Source: Candidatus Bathyarchaeota archaeon
GTDB taxonomy: Archaea; Thermoproteota; Bathyarchaeia; Bathyarchaeales; Bathycorpusculaceae
Assembly: GCA_963775685.1 (NCBI GenBank)
Contig: CAVZJV010000014.1
Coordinates: forward strand, 1,408,001 to 1,472,000
DNA length: 64,000 nucleotides
Direction of reading: 5' to 3'
The translations under genes and the position numbers were made by a program. Every line of letters starts with the position of its first letter. Position 1 is the stretch's first letter. The notes beneath the pieces were generated by a model. That model saw only the letters and a list, made by a program, of their open reading frames with translations. It had not been told where the DNA came from and did no database searches. Positions 21,648-32,614 of the stretch are shown here, one piece after another.

Positions 21648-23186
21648 TTACTTCTTTTTTTTGGTTTTGGTTTTTGTTTTGGGTTTTTTTCTAACGATCG
21701 AAGAAAGCATGGAAACTCTTTCTTGAATGATTTCTTTAGTCTCAAGCATTACGGAGGATTCACGGATGGTTTCGTCTAGCATGTCTTTATTTTCTTCTAA
21801 TTTAGCTGCGAACTCGTCTGCTGAAATTCTTCCCTCTTTTCTGGACTGGACTAATTCTTCGATAGAAGCACTTAGATCAGAGAGTTTTTCCTCAACTTTA
21901 AATTCTTCTTGCGTTACTAGCTGGTCTTTAAATCTCCTTCGAACATAACGGAACAATATTGGCACCTGGAAGGTGATTGATACGAAAGCGACACCTAAAG
22001 CCATCGTCCTTATAATCGTTACATCGGTTACAGAAATAACTGCAGATGCAGTTACTGTTGCAGCAAGCACAATTGACAATGCCCCTCTAACACCGCCAAG
22101 CCAGGCAATGTTGCTCCACTCTCTTGGAATCTTTTCGCCTCTTCTGCTAAAGAAAGCAAATATGGGATATACTGTGGCGGCCCGAGCAATGGTGACTGCT
22201 ATGAAAGCTACTGCAATAAACCCTATAGACTCCCAAAGAGTAAGCAGGTCAGTTTGGAAGCCAATAAACAAGAATGCAATAGAGTTTGCAAGAAAAGCAA
22301 TCACTTCCCAAAACATCTTTATCGTGTTTCGAGTCGCAGATTCCATCGCTGTGCGAACAGTGAAATTTCCAAAGTATAATCCAGTCACGGCAACTGCTAT
22401 GATTCCTGATGCGCCTATACCTGTAGCTAACGCAAAGGAACCGTAAACTGCTGAAACGGTAAGTATGCATTCTGCAATTCGGTCTTCAATTAAGCTAGAA
22501 AGCAATTCAGCTACAAAGCCTATTCCTAATCCAACTAAGAGACCGCCTACAAGTGTGAAACCGAAATTTGCTGTGGCATTAAGTAATCCCACTTGTGTTA
22601 TTGCAGCAGACGATAGTATGATTGTGAAGACAACTATGGCTGTTGCATCGTTAAAGGCAGCCTCAGTATTTAGGAGAATAGTGAGTTTTGGTGGAACTTT
22701 TACTCTTCGAAAAACTTCCAGTATCGTGACAACGTCGGTTGGTGCAATTAATGCGCCAAATAAAAACGCAACGTAGAAAGGAACGCCAGCAAACTGCCAC
22801 AGCACTAAGCCTCCTACTAGAGTGGCTATGACAACTCCCACGGTTGCTAATGTGAGCGAGGGTCGAATGACTGCCCGTAAGTCTCCGGCTCGTATGTGCA
22901 TCATGGATTCGAAGACAAGTGGAGGCACAACTATTCCCACAAAAAAGCCCTCTCCGCCCCCTTCAAGTAGCAGATTATCAAAAGAGCGTATCTGATCAAC
23001 TATTGATTGGGCAAAAGTGTGTAAAGGACTAGCTCCAAATGAGAGCAGGGTTGCTATGCCGGTTATTCCCACACCCATAAGAACTAACACGAGGGTGTAG
23101 GGAGTTTTGAGGCGCAACGATATAATGGCAGCTATAAAGGTTATGAGTAGGAACACTGCTATGATTAACTCAATATTTGCCGCCAA
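21648..23186 (-). CDS. CPA1/NhaP-type Na+(K+)/H+ antiporter
   Basis: PPLVFE, IAPTDVV, TEAAFNDATAIV, GGVRGALS; TTG start after GGAGGAG. Confidence 0.88.
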   Translation of the reverse strand: MAANIELIIAVFLLITFIAAIISLRLKTPYTLVLVLMGVGITGIATLLSFGASPLHTFAQSIVDQIRSFDNLLLEGGGEGFFVGIVVPPLVFESMMHIRAGDLRAVIRPSLTLATVGVVIATLVGGLVLWQFAGVPFYVAFLFGALIAPTDVVTILEVFRRVKVPPKLTILLNTEAAFNDATAIVVFTIILSSAAITQVGLLNATANFGFTLVGGLLVGLGIGFVAELLSSLIEDRIAECILTVSAVYGSFALATGIGASGIIAVAVTGLYFGNFTVRTAMESATRNTIKMFWEVIAFLANSIAFLFIGFQTDLLTLWESIGFIAVAFIAVTIARAATVYPIFAFFSRRGEKIPREWSNIAWLGGVRGALSIVLAATVTASAVISVTDVTIIRTMALGVAFVSITFQVPILFRYVRRRFKDQLVTQEEFKVEEKLSDLSASIEELVQSRKEGRISADEFAAKLEENKDMLDETIRESSVMLETKEIIQERVSMLSSIVRKKPKTKTKTKKKK

Positions 23187-23414
23187 TTGTTTTTCTCCTC
23201 CCTGCTTTGCGCTCGCTTCGAGGTTTGCTTGCGCCGTCTTTGAATTGTATATTAACCAAAAAAGCTTTTCCCTACCGATTTCTAATTTAACAACAAAATA
23301 GGCGCCAGACAAAAACAATGCAACATAAACAGAAAACAGCTGCGTTAACTAACTATTTAAACAGTTAATCCTTAAAAATATTGAATACTCATTTCCGCAT
23401 AATCGTAGCCTAAT

Positions 23415-24545
23415 TTAACTTGCCTTTTGCGCGTTCTTGCTGTTATGAAGCTCAGATAGCCGCTGGATTGCTTCTTTGTAGACTTCAATGGCACTTAGAT
23501 ACTCGTTTATCTTTATGTGCTCATCTAAGGTGTGGTCTAGGTGTGAGTCGCCTGGCCCATAGGTTACTATCGGTAGATTCATGGCTTTACCCAGGATGTT
23601 CATATCGCCTGTTCCGGTTTTGTGCAGAAGCGTTGCAGGTTTGTTTAAAACTTTCCGCACAGAAGAGGATAGGACATGGACAAGCGGCGAAGCTTTGTTA
23701 ACTTCAAAAGGCTCAACGGTATCAAGCACGGTTGCTTTAACCGACACTGTTGGGTTAGCAGTTTTATACTTTGTAATTATCTTGGTTATCTGTTCATAAA
23801 CCTTGGCTGTCGAGAACTGTATGGGCACTCGAATATCAAGGTTCATTTCTGCCTCAAAGGGAATAACTGAAGTTGCTCTGCCGCCCACAAGTCTAACTAA
23901 ACAGGCAGTAACTGCGTTGTATGGGCTTGCCGAGGGATCAAGAGATGGATACGATGAAGCGTTTTTGATCTGTTCCCAAAGTTCATAGGCTTTCTCCAAG
24001 GAATTATCGTACAGCCAGGGCGTAGAGGCATGCCCTGTTTCGGTTTTGAGAACGACTTTTAGTTGGATTTGCCCTTTGTAGCCGATTGTTACGTTTTCGA
24101 CACCGCTGGGTTCTCCGAAGATAGCATAGTCAGCCGTGATTCCTTGCGTGATCAGGTGCTTGACTCCCCGGCTGGTAGCTTCTTCTTCGACAACAGCGGC
24201 AACCAAGATTTTGCCCTGAAAACCAGACTCCTTGCTAGCAGCAATTGCAGCCATAATCATGGCGGCCAGCGGACCCTTCGCGTCCACGGCACCTCGAGCG
24301 TAGATTTTGCCTTCGTCAATTCGAAGCGGCAGAACCCCAGCAACCGTATCCATATGACCGCACAATAAGATGACTGGTTCACCCTCTCCTACAACACCTA
24401 TAACGTTGCCTATGTCGTCTTTGCCAACTTCAAAACCCATCTTGTTCATTTCAGTTTCTAGGAAGTTAGATGCATCATCTTCTTTGCCTGATGGGCTGTA
24501 GATGCCAAGGAGGTTAGTTAGAAATCGTACTGCTTGTTCGCTCAT
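23415..24545 (-). CDS. lysK: [LysW]-lysine/ornithine hydrolase (M20)
   Basis: GHMDTV, GAVDAKGP, VEEE, YGPGDSHLDH; last gene of the lysW operon. Confidence 0.88.
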   Translation of the reverse strand: MSEQAVRFLTNLLGIYSPSGKEDDASNFLETEMNKMGFEVGKDDIGNVIGVVGEGEPVILLCGHMDTVAGVLPLRIDEGKIYARGAVDAKGPLAAMIMAAIAASKESGFQGKILVAAVVEEEATSRGVKHLITQGITADYAIFGEPSGVENVTIGYKGQIQLKVVLKTETGHASTPWLYDNSLEKAYELWEQIKNASSYPSLDPSASPYNAVTACLVRLVGGRATSVIPFEAEMNLDIRVPIQFSTAKVYEQITKIITKYKTANPTVSVKATVLDTVEPFEVNKASPLVHVLSSSVRKVLNKPATLLHKTGTGDMNILGKAMNLPIVTYGPGDSHLDHTLDEHIKINEYLSAIEVYKEAIQRLSELHNSKNAQKAS

Positions 24546-25726
24546 CTCCCTCTTCCTCCAAAACGGTATCTAGAACTGTGATTGCTTTATCGATTTGTGT
24601 CTTCTCTATCACAAGTGGCGGCAGTAAACGAACAACCGTTCTTCCTGCATCCAGCACCAAAACGCCCTTACTTAACGCTTTTAAGATAATGTTGTAAACA
24701 TCGTACCGAAGTTCCATCCCGAGCATTAAACCTAAGCCTCGCACTTCCTTGACGATTTTATGCTTAGCCTGCAACCCTTCAAGTTTCGTCTTGAAATATT
24801 TGCCATTAGCGGCGGCTTTTTCAGTCAGTTTCTCTTCCAAGAGCGCATCAATGGCAGCGCATCCAGCTGCACAAACTATTGGACTTCCGCTAAAAGTTGT
24901 TGAGTGCTCCCCCACCTTCAGCGAAGACATAATGTTTTCTTTAGCCACAGTTATGCCAATCGGTAAACCCCCTGCGAAAGGCTTTGCTAAACACATCACG
25001 TCTGGGGTGACATCCCAGTTTTGGCAACCGAAAAGTTTGCCCGTTCGCCCAAAGCTAGTTTGGACTTCATCGAAAATCAACAAGACTCTTCTTTTCGTCA
25101 CAGATTTCCCGAACTGCCCGTAGATAACCATCTGGAGGTACGCGGACACCACCTTCGCCGCGAATCGGCTCCATCAAAACTGCAGCGGTTTTATCTGTTA
25201 TAGCTTCGCGGAGTTTGTCAGCATTGTCTGGACCAACGTGTTTTACATCTGGAATCAGGGGCATGAATGGCTCGCGGTACTTTTTGTCCCATGTGGCGGA
25301 TAAGGCTCCCATGGTTTTGCCGTGAAAAGACCCCATTAAGGCAATAATCTCTGTTTTTCCTGTGTATTTGCGGGCAAGCTTTATGGCGCATTCAACTGAT
25401 TCGGCTCCGCTGTTTGAGAGAAAAGATTTGTCTAAGCCTTTAGGCGTTATCTGGACGAGTTTTTCTATGAATTCGGCTCGTTTATCGTTATAGTAACAGC
25501 TGTGGCAGGTGATAAGTTCTTCAGCTTGAGCTTTTACTGCTGCCACAACTTTTGGGTGACAATGCCCCAGTGCTGCAACGCCGTAGCTACTCGCGCAGTC
25601 AACGTATTCTTTGCCGTTAATATCCCATAGAAGCGCGCCTTTGCCGCGTGTGATGACGACGGGTTTTTTGGAGAAAACATTCGCCATATAACGAGTTTCA
25701 ATGTCCATTATTTCTTTTTCATTCAC
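24514..25726 (-). CDS. lysJ: [LysW]-semialdehyde aminotransferase (class III), split by one frameshift near 25090
   Basis: SNSGAES, SFHGKT, EPIRGEGG in the 5' part; IFDEVQT..GRTG, LAKPFAGG in the 3' part. Confidence 0.88.
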
Positions 25727-26528
25727 TAGTTATCACTGTACCAACCTGATGATTCAAAGCTGACGTTATGGGTTGTTTTGCTATCCCCGATGTTACTATG
25801 ACTTCTTTGACACCCTGATTTAGGGCTTCCAGCCCAGCGTGGACTTTGGTGCTCATGCCTCCGCCAATTTTGGAGAGAACCTCTTTGACTTCGGTTGCCG
25901 CAATCTTGGGAACCCGCTCGCCTTTGAGAATTAAGCCTTCAACATCCGTTAGTAGGATAAGTTTGTCGGCTTTGAGGGTACCTGCGATTATGGCTGCGGT
26001 TCGGTCGCCGTCGACGTTTAAGGGTTCGGCGTCTTGGCTTAGCGCAATCGGGGTAACGATTGGCAGGTAGCCTTTTTCGAGCAATAAGGTGAGCAATTCA
26101 GTTTTCACGTGGGTGATTTTGCCGGTGTAGCCACCGTCGATTACTTTTTTGCGTCCCCGTTCGTCTACAGCGATGAGTTTGGTTTTGCGTTCAGCCTGCA
26201 GAATCGACGCGTCAAGCCCGCTTAATCCAACAGCTTGGATTCCTTGGCTTTGAAGAGCCAGCACGATTTGCTTATTGATTTTGCCTGCCATAACCATGGT
26301 GTAGATTTCTATAGTTTCTTTGTCGGTGTAGCGGCTACGGAAACCTTCAGGAGAAATTATGAATTTTTGTTCTTTGCCCAACTTTGAAGCGATTTCGGAG
26401 ACTTCTACTCCTCCACCGTGAACAAGGACAATTTGGTGTTGTTTAGCAACTTCCTTTAGGTCACAGACCAACTCATTTGAGGCACCTTCTTTTAGGATGC
26501 TTCCACCCATCTTAATAACAAGTAACAT
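25719..26528 (-). CDS. lysZ: [LysW]-aminoadipate/glutamate kinase
   Basis: IKMGG, VHGGG, SRYTD, NVDGD, GGGMSTK. Confidence 0.9.
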   Translation of the reverse strand: MLLVIKMGGSILKEGASNELVCDLKEVAKQHQIVLVHGGGVEVSEIASKLGKEQKFIISPEGFRSRYTDKETIEIYTMVMAGKINKQIVLALQSQGIQAVGLSGLDASILQAERKTKLIAVDERGRKKVIDGGYTGKITHVKTELLTLLLEKGYLPIVTPIALSQDAEPLNVDGDRTAAIIAGTLKADKLILLTDVEGLILKGERVPKIAATEVKEVLSKIGGGMSTKVHAGLEALNQGVKEVIVTSGIAKQPITSALNHQVGTVITSE

Positions 26529-26533
26529 GGCAA

Positions 26534-27586
26534 TCAGACCGGATGGAACCCAGTGCTCTTGAGGCCGGTGGTTTCGTCAATACCCATTAGCAAGTTGAGA
26601 CATTGGACCCCTTGTCCTGCGGCGCCCTTGGTCATGTTGTCGATTGCTGAGAAGAGCAGGAGACGGTTAGCGTGTTCGTCTATTTCGAAACCGACATCGC
26701 AGAAGTTTGTGCCAATGACAATTTTTGGGTCAGGTAGTTGGTATGGTCCCTTCTGGTACTTGACTATGCGGACGAATGGTTCGGTGCCATACATGCCGCG
26801 GAGGGCTTTCCAGAGGTCTTTGCTGGATAGGGGCTGTTTGGGGAAAGCGTGGATAGTTGCAAGTATGCCTCGTACCATGTTGACTGCGTGTGGGGTGAAG
26901 CCGATTTTGACGGGTTCAGTAGCAAGAGCGGTTAGTTCTTGTTCTACTTCAGCGGTGTGGCGATGCCCTGCGACTTGGTAAGGACGGACTCCGCTGAAGC
27001 GTTCTGGGTGGTGTGAGGCAAGGTTTGGTTTGCTGCCGCCGCCAGAGGATCCAACTTTTAGGTCAACAATTATCTTGCTGTTGTCAACTAAGCCCGCATC
27101 TACTATGGGGGCTAAACCGAGGATGGCTGATGTTGCCATGCAGCCTGGGCAAGCAACAAGTTTTGCTTTTTTGATTTCTTCCCGGTGAAGCTCAGGCAAA
27201 CCGTAAGCGGCTTCTTTTAGCATTTCGGGATGAGCATGTTTCCAACCATAGTAAGATTCATAATCTGCCGGGTTTTTGAGGCGGAAGTCGGCGCTCATGT
27301 CGATGACTTTCAAGCCTGCCTCAAGCAGTTTGGGAACCAAGTTCACTGAGCCGCCGTGTGGGGTAGCTGTGAAGACTAAGTCGCAGCTTTTCTGTAGTTC
27401 ATCCATGTCTTGGGGAACAAATTTCAGTTGTGTCATTCCTCTGAGGTTTGGGTGAACATTAAATACATATTCTCCTGCGCTTTGCCGTGAAGTAACCATC
27501 GTTACCTCTACCTCTGGGTGCATAAGCAGCAGTCGAAGAAGTTCACTGCCAACGTATCCTGAACCGCCGATTATTCCAATTCGCAT
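26534..27586 (-). CDS. lysY: [LysW]-phosphate reductase (ArgC family)
   Basis: GGSGYVG, SADFR, ACPGCMAT, HPER, HRHTAE, DNMTKGAAGQ. Confidence 0.92.
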   Translation of the reverse strand: MRIGIIGGSGYVGSELLRLLLMHPEVEVTMVTSRQSAGEYVFNVHPNLRGMTQLKFVPQDMDELQKSCDLVFTATPHGGSVNLVPKLLEAGLKVIDMSADFRLKNPADYESYYGWKHAHPEMLKEAAYGLPELHREEIKKAKLVACPGCMATSAILGLAPIVDAGLVDNSKIIVDLKVGSSGGGSKPNLASHHPERFSGVRPYQVAGHRHTAEVEQELTALATEPVKIGFTPHAVNMVRGILATIHAFPKQPLSSKDLWKALRGMYGTEPFVRIVKYQKGPYQLPDPKIVIGTNFCDVGFEIDEHANRLLLFSAIDNMTKGAAGQGVQCLNLLMGIDETTGLKSTGFHPV

Positions 27587-27610
27587 TTCTTTTTCCTCTT
27601 TTTTTGATTA

Positions 27611-28792
27611 TTAGTCTATTAGGCTTTGAGCGCCCTTTAGGAGCGGAATTGCCACGTTAAGCCCCGTTGCGAGTCTTGTGTTCTCCCAGAATTCTGGACA
27701 AGAATTCGACTCATGGAACACCAACGCACTCTTATTTTTTTCTACGCTTTCTTCAATTATATTCTTAATGTTTTCGTAAGCCTTACTGCTCTTGTAAACA
27801 CTGAAAGTTTTCTCTAACTTACCAGTCCAACCTTCAAAATCATTCAAGCGACTCTCGTCCGCCTTGACTTTCTGGACAGGACCAAACGCTTCCGCAGCTA
27901 AATCCAATTGACTCTTCAGGCAAGTCTCATCGGCATTCTTGTTATCGCCAACGTTCACCATTGCATCCAAAGCAAAAATCCAAGCGTCACTGCCTTTGCC
28001 AAGGGTTTTGCCGCATTTCACCGCCAACTCCTGAATACTCACGGGCAGTTTAGCGTGGAAAACCAAGTTGCCGAGAAAGGTATTAGTGCGAAAATCCTTA
28101 AAGCCTGCGCGTGCCATCGAGGTGTGATAGCAAACGGGGTGTTTTCCTTTCTCTTTAGAGACGATTATGCGTAGATCGTAGAACCATTTCTGAACAAGTT
28201 CTTGAGCCACTACGCCAATGGGATTAATGATTGAGGGTTTGGTTTCTTTGATATTTGCTTCAAGTTCTTCGCGATTTTGGGAGAGCATTATCATTTTGCC
28301 GTGTGTGCCAGCATCCGCCTTGATTACGATGCCGTCGTCAAGGGGGATTTCTTGCTCGAAGAGGTCAGCTATATCTTTTTCGTTGTGGATTTCTCTGCCG
28401 TTCTTCATAGTGTCGGTGGCGTCGCAGGGCACAAAGACGGTTTTGGGAATAGGGATGCCTTCTTTGTGAAGATTTAGAAGAGTCCGGAGTTTGCTATAAC
28501 AGACGAATTCAATTTGTGAGGAGTTTAGTGTTTTTTTGCCGAGCATCTCCATGAGGTAGGAGGCTTGTAACCGGCGGTTTTTGCTTTGCGCCCGGTTAAG
28601 CACCACTTTGGTGTTTTCAATGATGTCTAAATAGTCTTTGCCTTTGGTTTTTGCGCTAAAGCCGTCTTTGGAGATAGATAAAGCGATTTTGCGGAAGGGA
28701 ATAAAGCTTAGATCGATGCCGAGTTGCTGAGCGGTGAGCTTTATGCCGTTCTCATCATTTTCCGATCGCTCATAAAGAAGGGCAATGCTCAT
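27611..28792 (-). CDS. divergent RimK/LysX/ArgX-like ATP-grasp ligase
   Basis: IPIPKT, VIKADAGTHG, QELV, DLRI, FRTN, ALD, HESNSCPEF; lies between lysW and lysY. Confidence 0.75.
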   Translation of the reverse strand: MSIALLYERSENDENGIKLTAQQLGIDLSFIPFRKIALSISKDGFSAKTKGKDYLDIIENTKVVLNRAQSKNRRLQASYLMEMLGKKTLNSSQIEFVCYSKLRTLLNLHKEGIPIPKTVFVPCDATDTMKNGREIHNEKDIADLFEQEIPLDDGIVIKADAGTHGKMIMLSQNREELEANIKETKPSIINPIGVVAQELVQKWFYDLRIIVSKEKGKHPVCYHTSMARAGFKDFRTNTFLGNLVFHAKLPVSIQELAVKCGKTLGKGSDAWIFALDAMVNVGDNKNADETCLKSQLDLAAEAFGPVQKVKADESRLNDFEGWTGKLEKTFSVYKSSKAYENIKNIIEESVEKNKSALVFHESNSCPEFWENTRLATGLNVAIPLLKGAQSLID

Positions 28793-28868
28793 CGCTTTCA
28801 GCTTCCGTTAAAAAATATTTTCCTTAAAAAGGTGATTTAAAACAAGAGATTTGGTTGTTGGATACTGC

Positions 28869-29075
28869 TTATTCGCCCCAGTCTTCGCCTTCAATGGTTA
28901 ACTCTTGAAGGTCAACGCAACCGCATTTTATCTGTTTGACTTCGAGCTCAAGTCCACAGCCAGGGCAACTTACGATTTCTCCTTTTTCTGTGTCGGCTGG
29001 AACATCAAGGTCTGCGTCACAGTCTGGGCATTTTGCTTTTGCGTTTGGTTGGTTTGAGTTTACGGGTTTAATCAT
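28869..29075 (-). CDS. lysW: amino-group carrier protein LysW
   Basis: CPDC...CPGCG zinc ribbon and C-terminal EGEDWGE. Confidence 0.95.
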   Translation of the reverse strand: MIKPVNSNQPNAKAKCPDCDADLDVPADTEKGEIVSCPGCGLELEVKQIKCGCVDLQELTIEGEDWGE

Positions 29076-29322
29076 TTTTTATTCGTCACTTTATTTTTTT
29101 TGGAAATGTCTTTTTGATAAATTCAGTATTCTTTTTAAATGTTGTGACCAATTTGTTACAAGTTAGACTTTTAATGTTCCATTTGGTACAGCTCTTTCAG
29201 TCGTTTAAACAAATTAGAACGTACTGTTACTGCGCAGAAACAACGAATTCCGCATTGTCTTATTAAACAACGTAATGGAAAGCGTTAAATTTTTCTATAA
29301 CAATAGATGCCTGGGTAAAAAA

Positions 29323-29733
29323 ATGGATGAAAAAGACAAACAGATCATCAAGCTCCTAAAAGACGACGCAAGGTCAGGCTACGGCGACATAGGCGCCAAA
29401 GTAGGTTTATCTGAAGGAGCAGTGAGGAAGAGAATCAAAACATTAATTGATGAAAACGTCATAAGAAAATTCACAGTAAAAATCGGAGTTGCTGAAGGCG
29501 CCCAAGCCATAACACTGCTTGCCACAAACCCAACGCACCCAACCCAGGAAGTATCCAAGAAAATCCAAGAAATCCCCAACGTTGAAACCATCTACGAAGT
29601 TACAGGAGAATACGACATCGTTGCAGTCATCACTGGAATGAACGTGACAGAAGTTAACGAGTGTATAGAGAAAATCCGCCGAGTCGAAGGCATCATGAAA
29701 ACCAACACCATGATTGTCTTGAGAAGCTGGTAG
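29323..29733 (+). CDS. lysM: Lrp/AsnC family regulator (LysM-like), divergent from lysW
   Basis: HTH GLSEGAVRKRIK; RAM domain YEVTGEYDI. Confidence 0.8.
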   Translation: MDEKDKQIIKLLKDDARSGYGDIGAKVGLSEGAVRKRIKTLIDENVIRKFTVKIGVAEGAQAITLLATNPTHPTQEVSKKIQEIPNVETIYEVTGEYDIVAVITGMNVTEVNECIEKIRRVEGIMKTNTMIVLRSW

Positions 29734-30203
29734 CCAACCTGCAAGAAGCGAACTCGCAATCTACAACCTCAGCAACTGGAAGATATCAAAGATTCTCCGA
29801 AGAATCAGCGAATTTTTTACAGACCTGAGTTCTTCAATATGCAGGTGGAAAGATTTTGTCTTCGCCTTCTATATAATTAGCAGCACTTTATTCATCTCTT
29901 TGAAGGGCTCAAGAAAGGTTATTCCACGAGCAGTGCGTGGATCTGTGGCTAATATTTGCCTTGTACAAGATATGAGTCAACTTTAAGGGACCTCTTTGTG
30001 CTAGAACATTCGCAAAAGGCTTAAAATGCTTTCTAAACGTCTCAATGTGTTCACTCAAACCTTAAAGCAATACGATAGGCTGGACCAACCCTGTCGAACG
30101 ACCTATGTTCGATACGTGCGATCACGTGGTACTTGAAAAAGAGTCTTTTCACCTTGAATACTGTGGCTATGAATTTGCAAGCGCAGGCATTATATTAAAA
30201 TGC

Positions 30204-30917
30204 TTACTTTCGTGGCTTCTCAATTTTTTCAACTTTATCAACTAGGCCTATGTAGGCTAAGTCAGTTAAGTCTATGAAAAAACCTGTCTCAACTACTCCC
30301 GGAATCATTTTTACTTTAACTGCTAACTCAGCAGGACTCTGTATCTCGCCAAAAAATACATCTATAACTGCGTTGCCGTTGTCGGTTATCACTGGACCCA
30401 ACTTGCCTTTTCCCTCGCGAACCACAGGCTTTGCGCCCAAACCGACGATTTTATGCTTAACTAACGCAATAGCGAATGGCAGAACTTCGATGGGAACAAA
30501 CTGGTTGTTTTCGCCTAGTAGTTTAACTTTCTTGGACTGGTCAGCTATGATTACGTTAAGTTTTGAGGATGCCGCAACAATTTTTTCCCGTGCCAAAGCT
30601 GCACCGCCTCCCTTGATTAGGAACAAATCGAGTGTTAATTGGTCTGCGCCGTCTATGGTTACATCGATTACTGGATGCTCATCTAAAGTCGTGATTGGGA
30701 TACCGCATTCAACCGCCAACAGAAATGCTTGGTAAGAAGTTGGGATACCCATGATGCTGATTTTTTCTTTTTTAATTCGTTCGCCCAATGCTTTGATGGC
30801 AAATGCAGCAGTGCTTCCGCTGCCTAAACCCACAATGAAGCCATCTCTAACATGTTTAATTGCTTCTAAAGCGGCGTTTTGTTTTGACTGTTGGATTGGA
30901 TCAAGGTTAGCTTTCAA
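30204..30917 (-). CDS. rpiA: ribose-5-phosphate isomerase A
   Basis: GLGSGST, DGADQ, IKGGGAALAREK, TDNGN, PGVVETG. Confidence 0.95.
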   Translation of the reverse strand: MKANLDPIQQSKQNAALEAIKHVRDGFIVGLGSGSTAAFAIKALGERIKKEKISIMGIPTSYQAFLLAVECGIPITTLDEHPVIDVTIDGADQLTLDLFLIKGGGAALAREKIVAASSKLNVIIADQSKKVKLLGENNQFVPIEVLPFAIALVKHKIVGLGAKPVVREGKGKLGPVITDNGNAVIDVFFGEIQSPAELAVKVKMIPGVVETGFFIDLTDLAYIGLVDKVEKIEKPRK

Positions 30918-31656
30918 TTTCCATCTGTCCTAACTTATCTAGTACTTTCTCGACTTCGCTTCTGATTGATTCTATGCGTCTTTCAGCTTCGGTTTTAGCA
31001 TCTGGTTTGGCTTCTGGTGGTTTGCGTTTCTTCTTAGGTTTCTCTTCTCCCGCAACCACTTCTGGTGTTTCTTCTTCCTCGTCTTCCTCATCGTTCTCCA
31101 TTTGAACTGGAGTTTGCGAGGGCAATTTTATTGGGATTTCACGGATTGGTTTAACGTCAATTCTTGTTCTGAGCTCTTCTACTTTACTGGTTAATTCTCC
31201 GAAGCGCTCACTGAATAGTTTCATGAGGTCTTCCTGCATGCCTTCAAGCTCATGCAAGGCGACAATGCTTTCGTCCTTAGAAATCGATTCTTTTATGGTG
31301 TTCATCCTGCTTTTGTAGGTGATAGCCATCTTGTCTCTTTCTTGCTCAGTAATTTTGCCCTCAGCGTGAGCTTCGTAAAGCCTTCTTAACGCGTCCCCTA
31401 AAATGTCGCGTTCTAAATCAAGCATGCGCAACTCATTTTTTGCGTCTGATGCCATTGTTGTTTGAACGCTTTTAGAAACCTTAAACGGTAGAGGGGAATA
31501 TTCAGGATCCAAGTTTGCGGTTTGTTTTTGCGACTGTTTTTTTGGTACAGGTTTTCTTCCGCCCAATTTTCTCATGGCAAAAATTACTGATCCAGAGGCG
31601 ATGATTACCACTAACAACACTACCGTCACAATTATGGGGTCATCGTACCAAACCAA
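30907..31656 (-). CDS. membrane-anchored coiled-coil hypothetical protein
   Basis: N-terminal TM helix, SHOCT-like AEGKITEQERD, acidic/basic linker; overlaps rpiA start. Confidence 0.7.
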   Translation of the reverse strand: MVWYDDPIIVTVVLLVVIIASGSVIFAMRKLGGRKPVPKKQSQKQTANLDPEYSPLPFKVSKSVQTTMASDAKNELRMLDLERDILGDALRRLYEAHAEGKITEQERDKMAITYKSRMNTIKESISKDESIVALHELEGMQEDLMKLFSERFGELTSKVEELRTRIDVKPIREIPIKLPSQTPVQMENDEEDEEEETPEVVAGEEKPKKKRKPPEAKPDAKTEAERRIESIRSEVEKVLDKLGQMEIES

Positions 31657-31840
31657 GCCATGACATCCTCAATATCTTCATTGCACACCATGCATATATT
31701 AATTAATATAATGCCTATCTTTGGCGCTTCAAGTTTAAATAAATATTGCAAGCTTCTTGTCGTTCGCTTTTTTGTGGGCACCAAGCTTTTTGGTTATTTT
31801 GTGATTTTTTGTTTTTGCCTCTTTATGTGGTGTGGGCTTT

Positions 31841-32159
31841 TCAGGGCTGCCACACATCAGGTTGTGGATTGGGTTGCATTTTGGGGTTAGGTTGCTTTTC
31901 AACGTCTGTTTCGATTCGAGAAATCCGATTTCCTCCACACGCCAAACATAATTTCGTGCAAAAACCGCCATCATGTGGATGTGGAGGATGTTGCGTTTGC
32001 CTAAGACTTCACAAGAACATCAATGAATCAGTGAACAGCGCAATACAAGCAGGCACTACCATAGCCCATTCGCCAGCTTCGACGCCATATCCTACATTCA
32101 ACCCAAACACACAACCTCCCATAACCAAACCGCCCCCTATAAGCAATTTTGCGCTTCAA
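31841..32159 (-). pseudogene. degraded small membrane protein with Pro/Asn-rich tail
   Basis: MKRK/LLIGGGLVMGG...LMFL*SLRQ...CTKLCLAC...PNPKMQPNPQP; one frameshift plus TGA at 32009-32011. Confidence 0.3.
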
Positions 32160-32281
32160 AAATCAGTACAAAACAAGCAAATTTTGATAATGTAATTCCT
32201 AAGTGAAGCCTATGTGAATTGAATCAAAGTAGGTTTTAATAGGCAGAATCATGCCCTATTATACAATCAGAGTTGAAGATT

Positions 32282-32614
32282 ATGCTGTTTAAGCATAAGA
32301 GCAATGTAAAAGTGGACCTAGCGGATTTAGACGCCGAGAAAACGAACCTAGCAGAATTCTTATCCAGCCAATACAAAATAAATTCATCAATAAATTCCAA
32401 AGGCTTAGAACTAAAAATGGAAGATCCACAGATTACGTCAGCAGTAATGATGGTAAAAAAATTCATTCATCGCAAAAATCTAAGCAGCACACATGGAGTT
32501 AACGCAGAAAACAACGTCGTCAAAATCTACAAGTTCAAAGGCAATATCAAGAAAAAAGAAAAACACGACAAAAGCGGAGCCCACCAAAACATAACACAAA
32601 GCTGGGGACTATAA
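32282..32614 (+). CDS. eL22 (L22e)-like protein
   Basis: VKVDL..LAEFL...VKKFIHRKNL resembles the eL22 pattern (F/L..FL; LKKFL-K..L); recognised by eye. Confidence 0.5.
   Translation: MLFKHKSNVKVDLADLDAEKTNLAEFLSSQYKINSSINSKGLELKMEDPQITSAVMMVKKFIHRKNLSSTHGVNAENNVVKIYKFKGNIKKKEKHDKSGAHQNITQSWGL

Noticed and set aside
32009-32011. In-frame TGA as selenocysteine
   Set aside because: Context fits a Trp-to-stop mutation in an ORF that is also frameshifted; no redox motif
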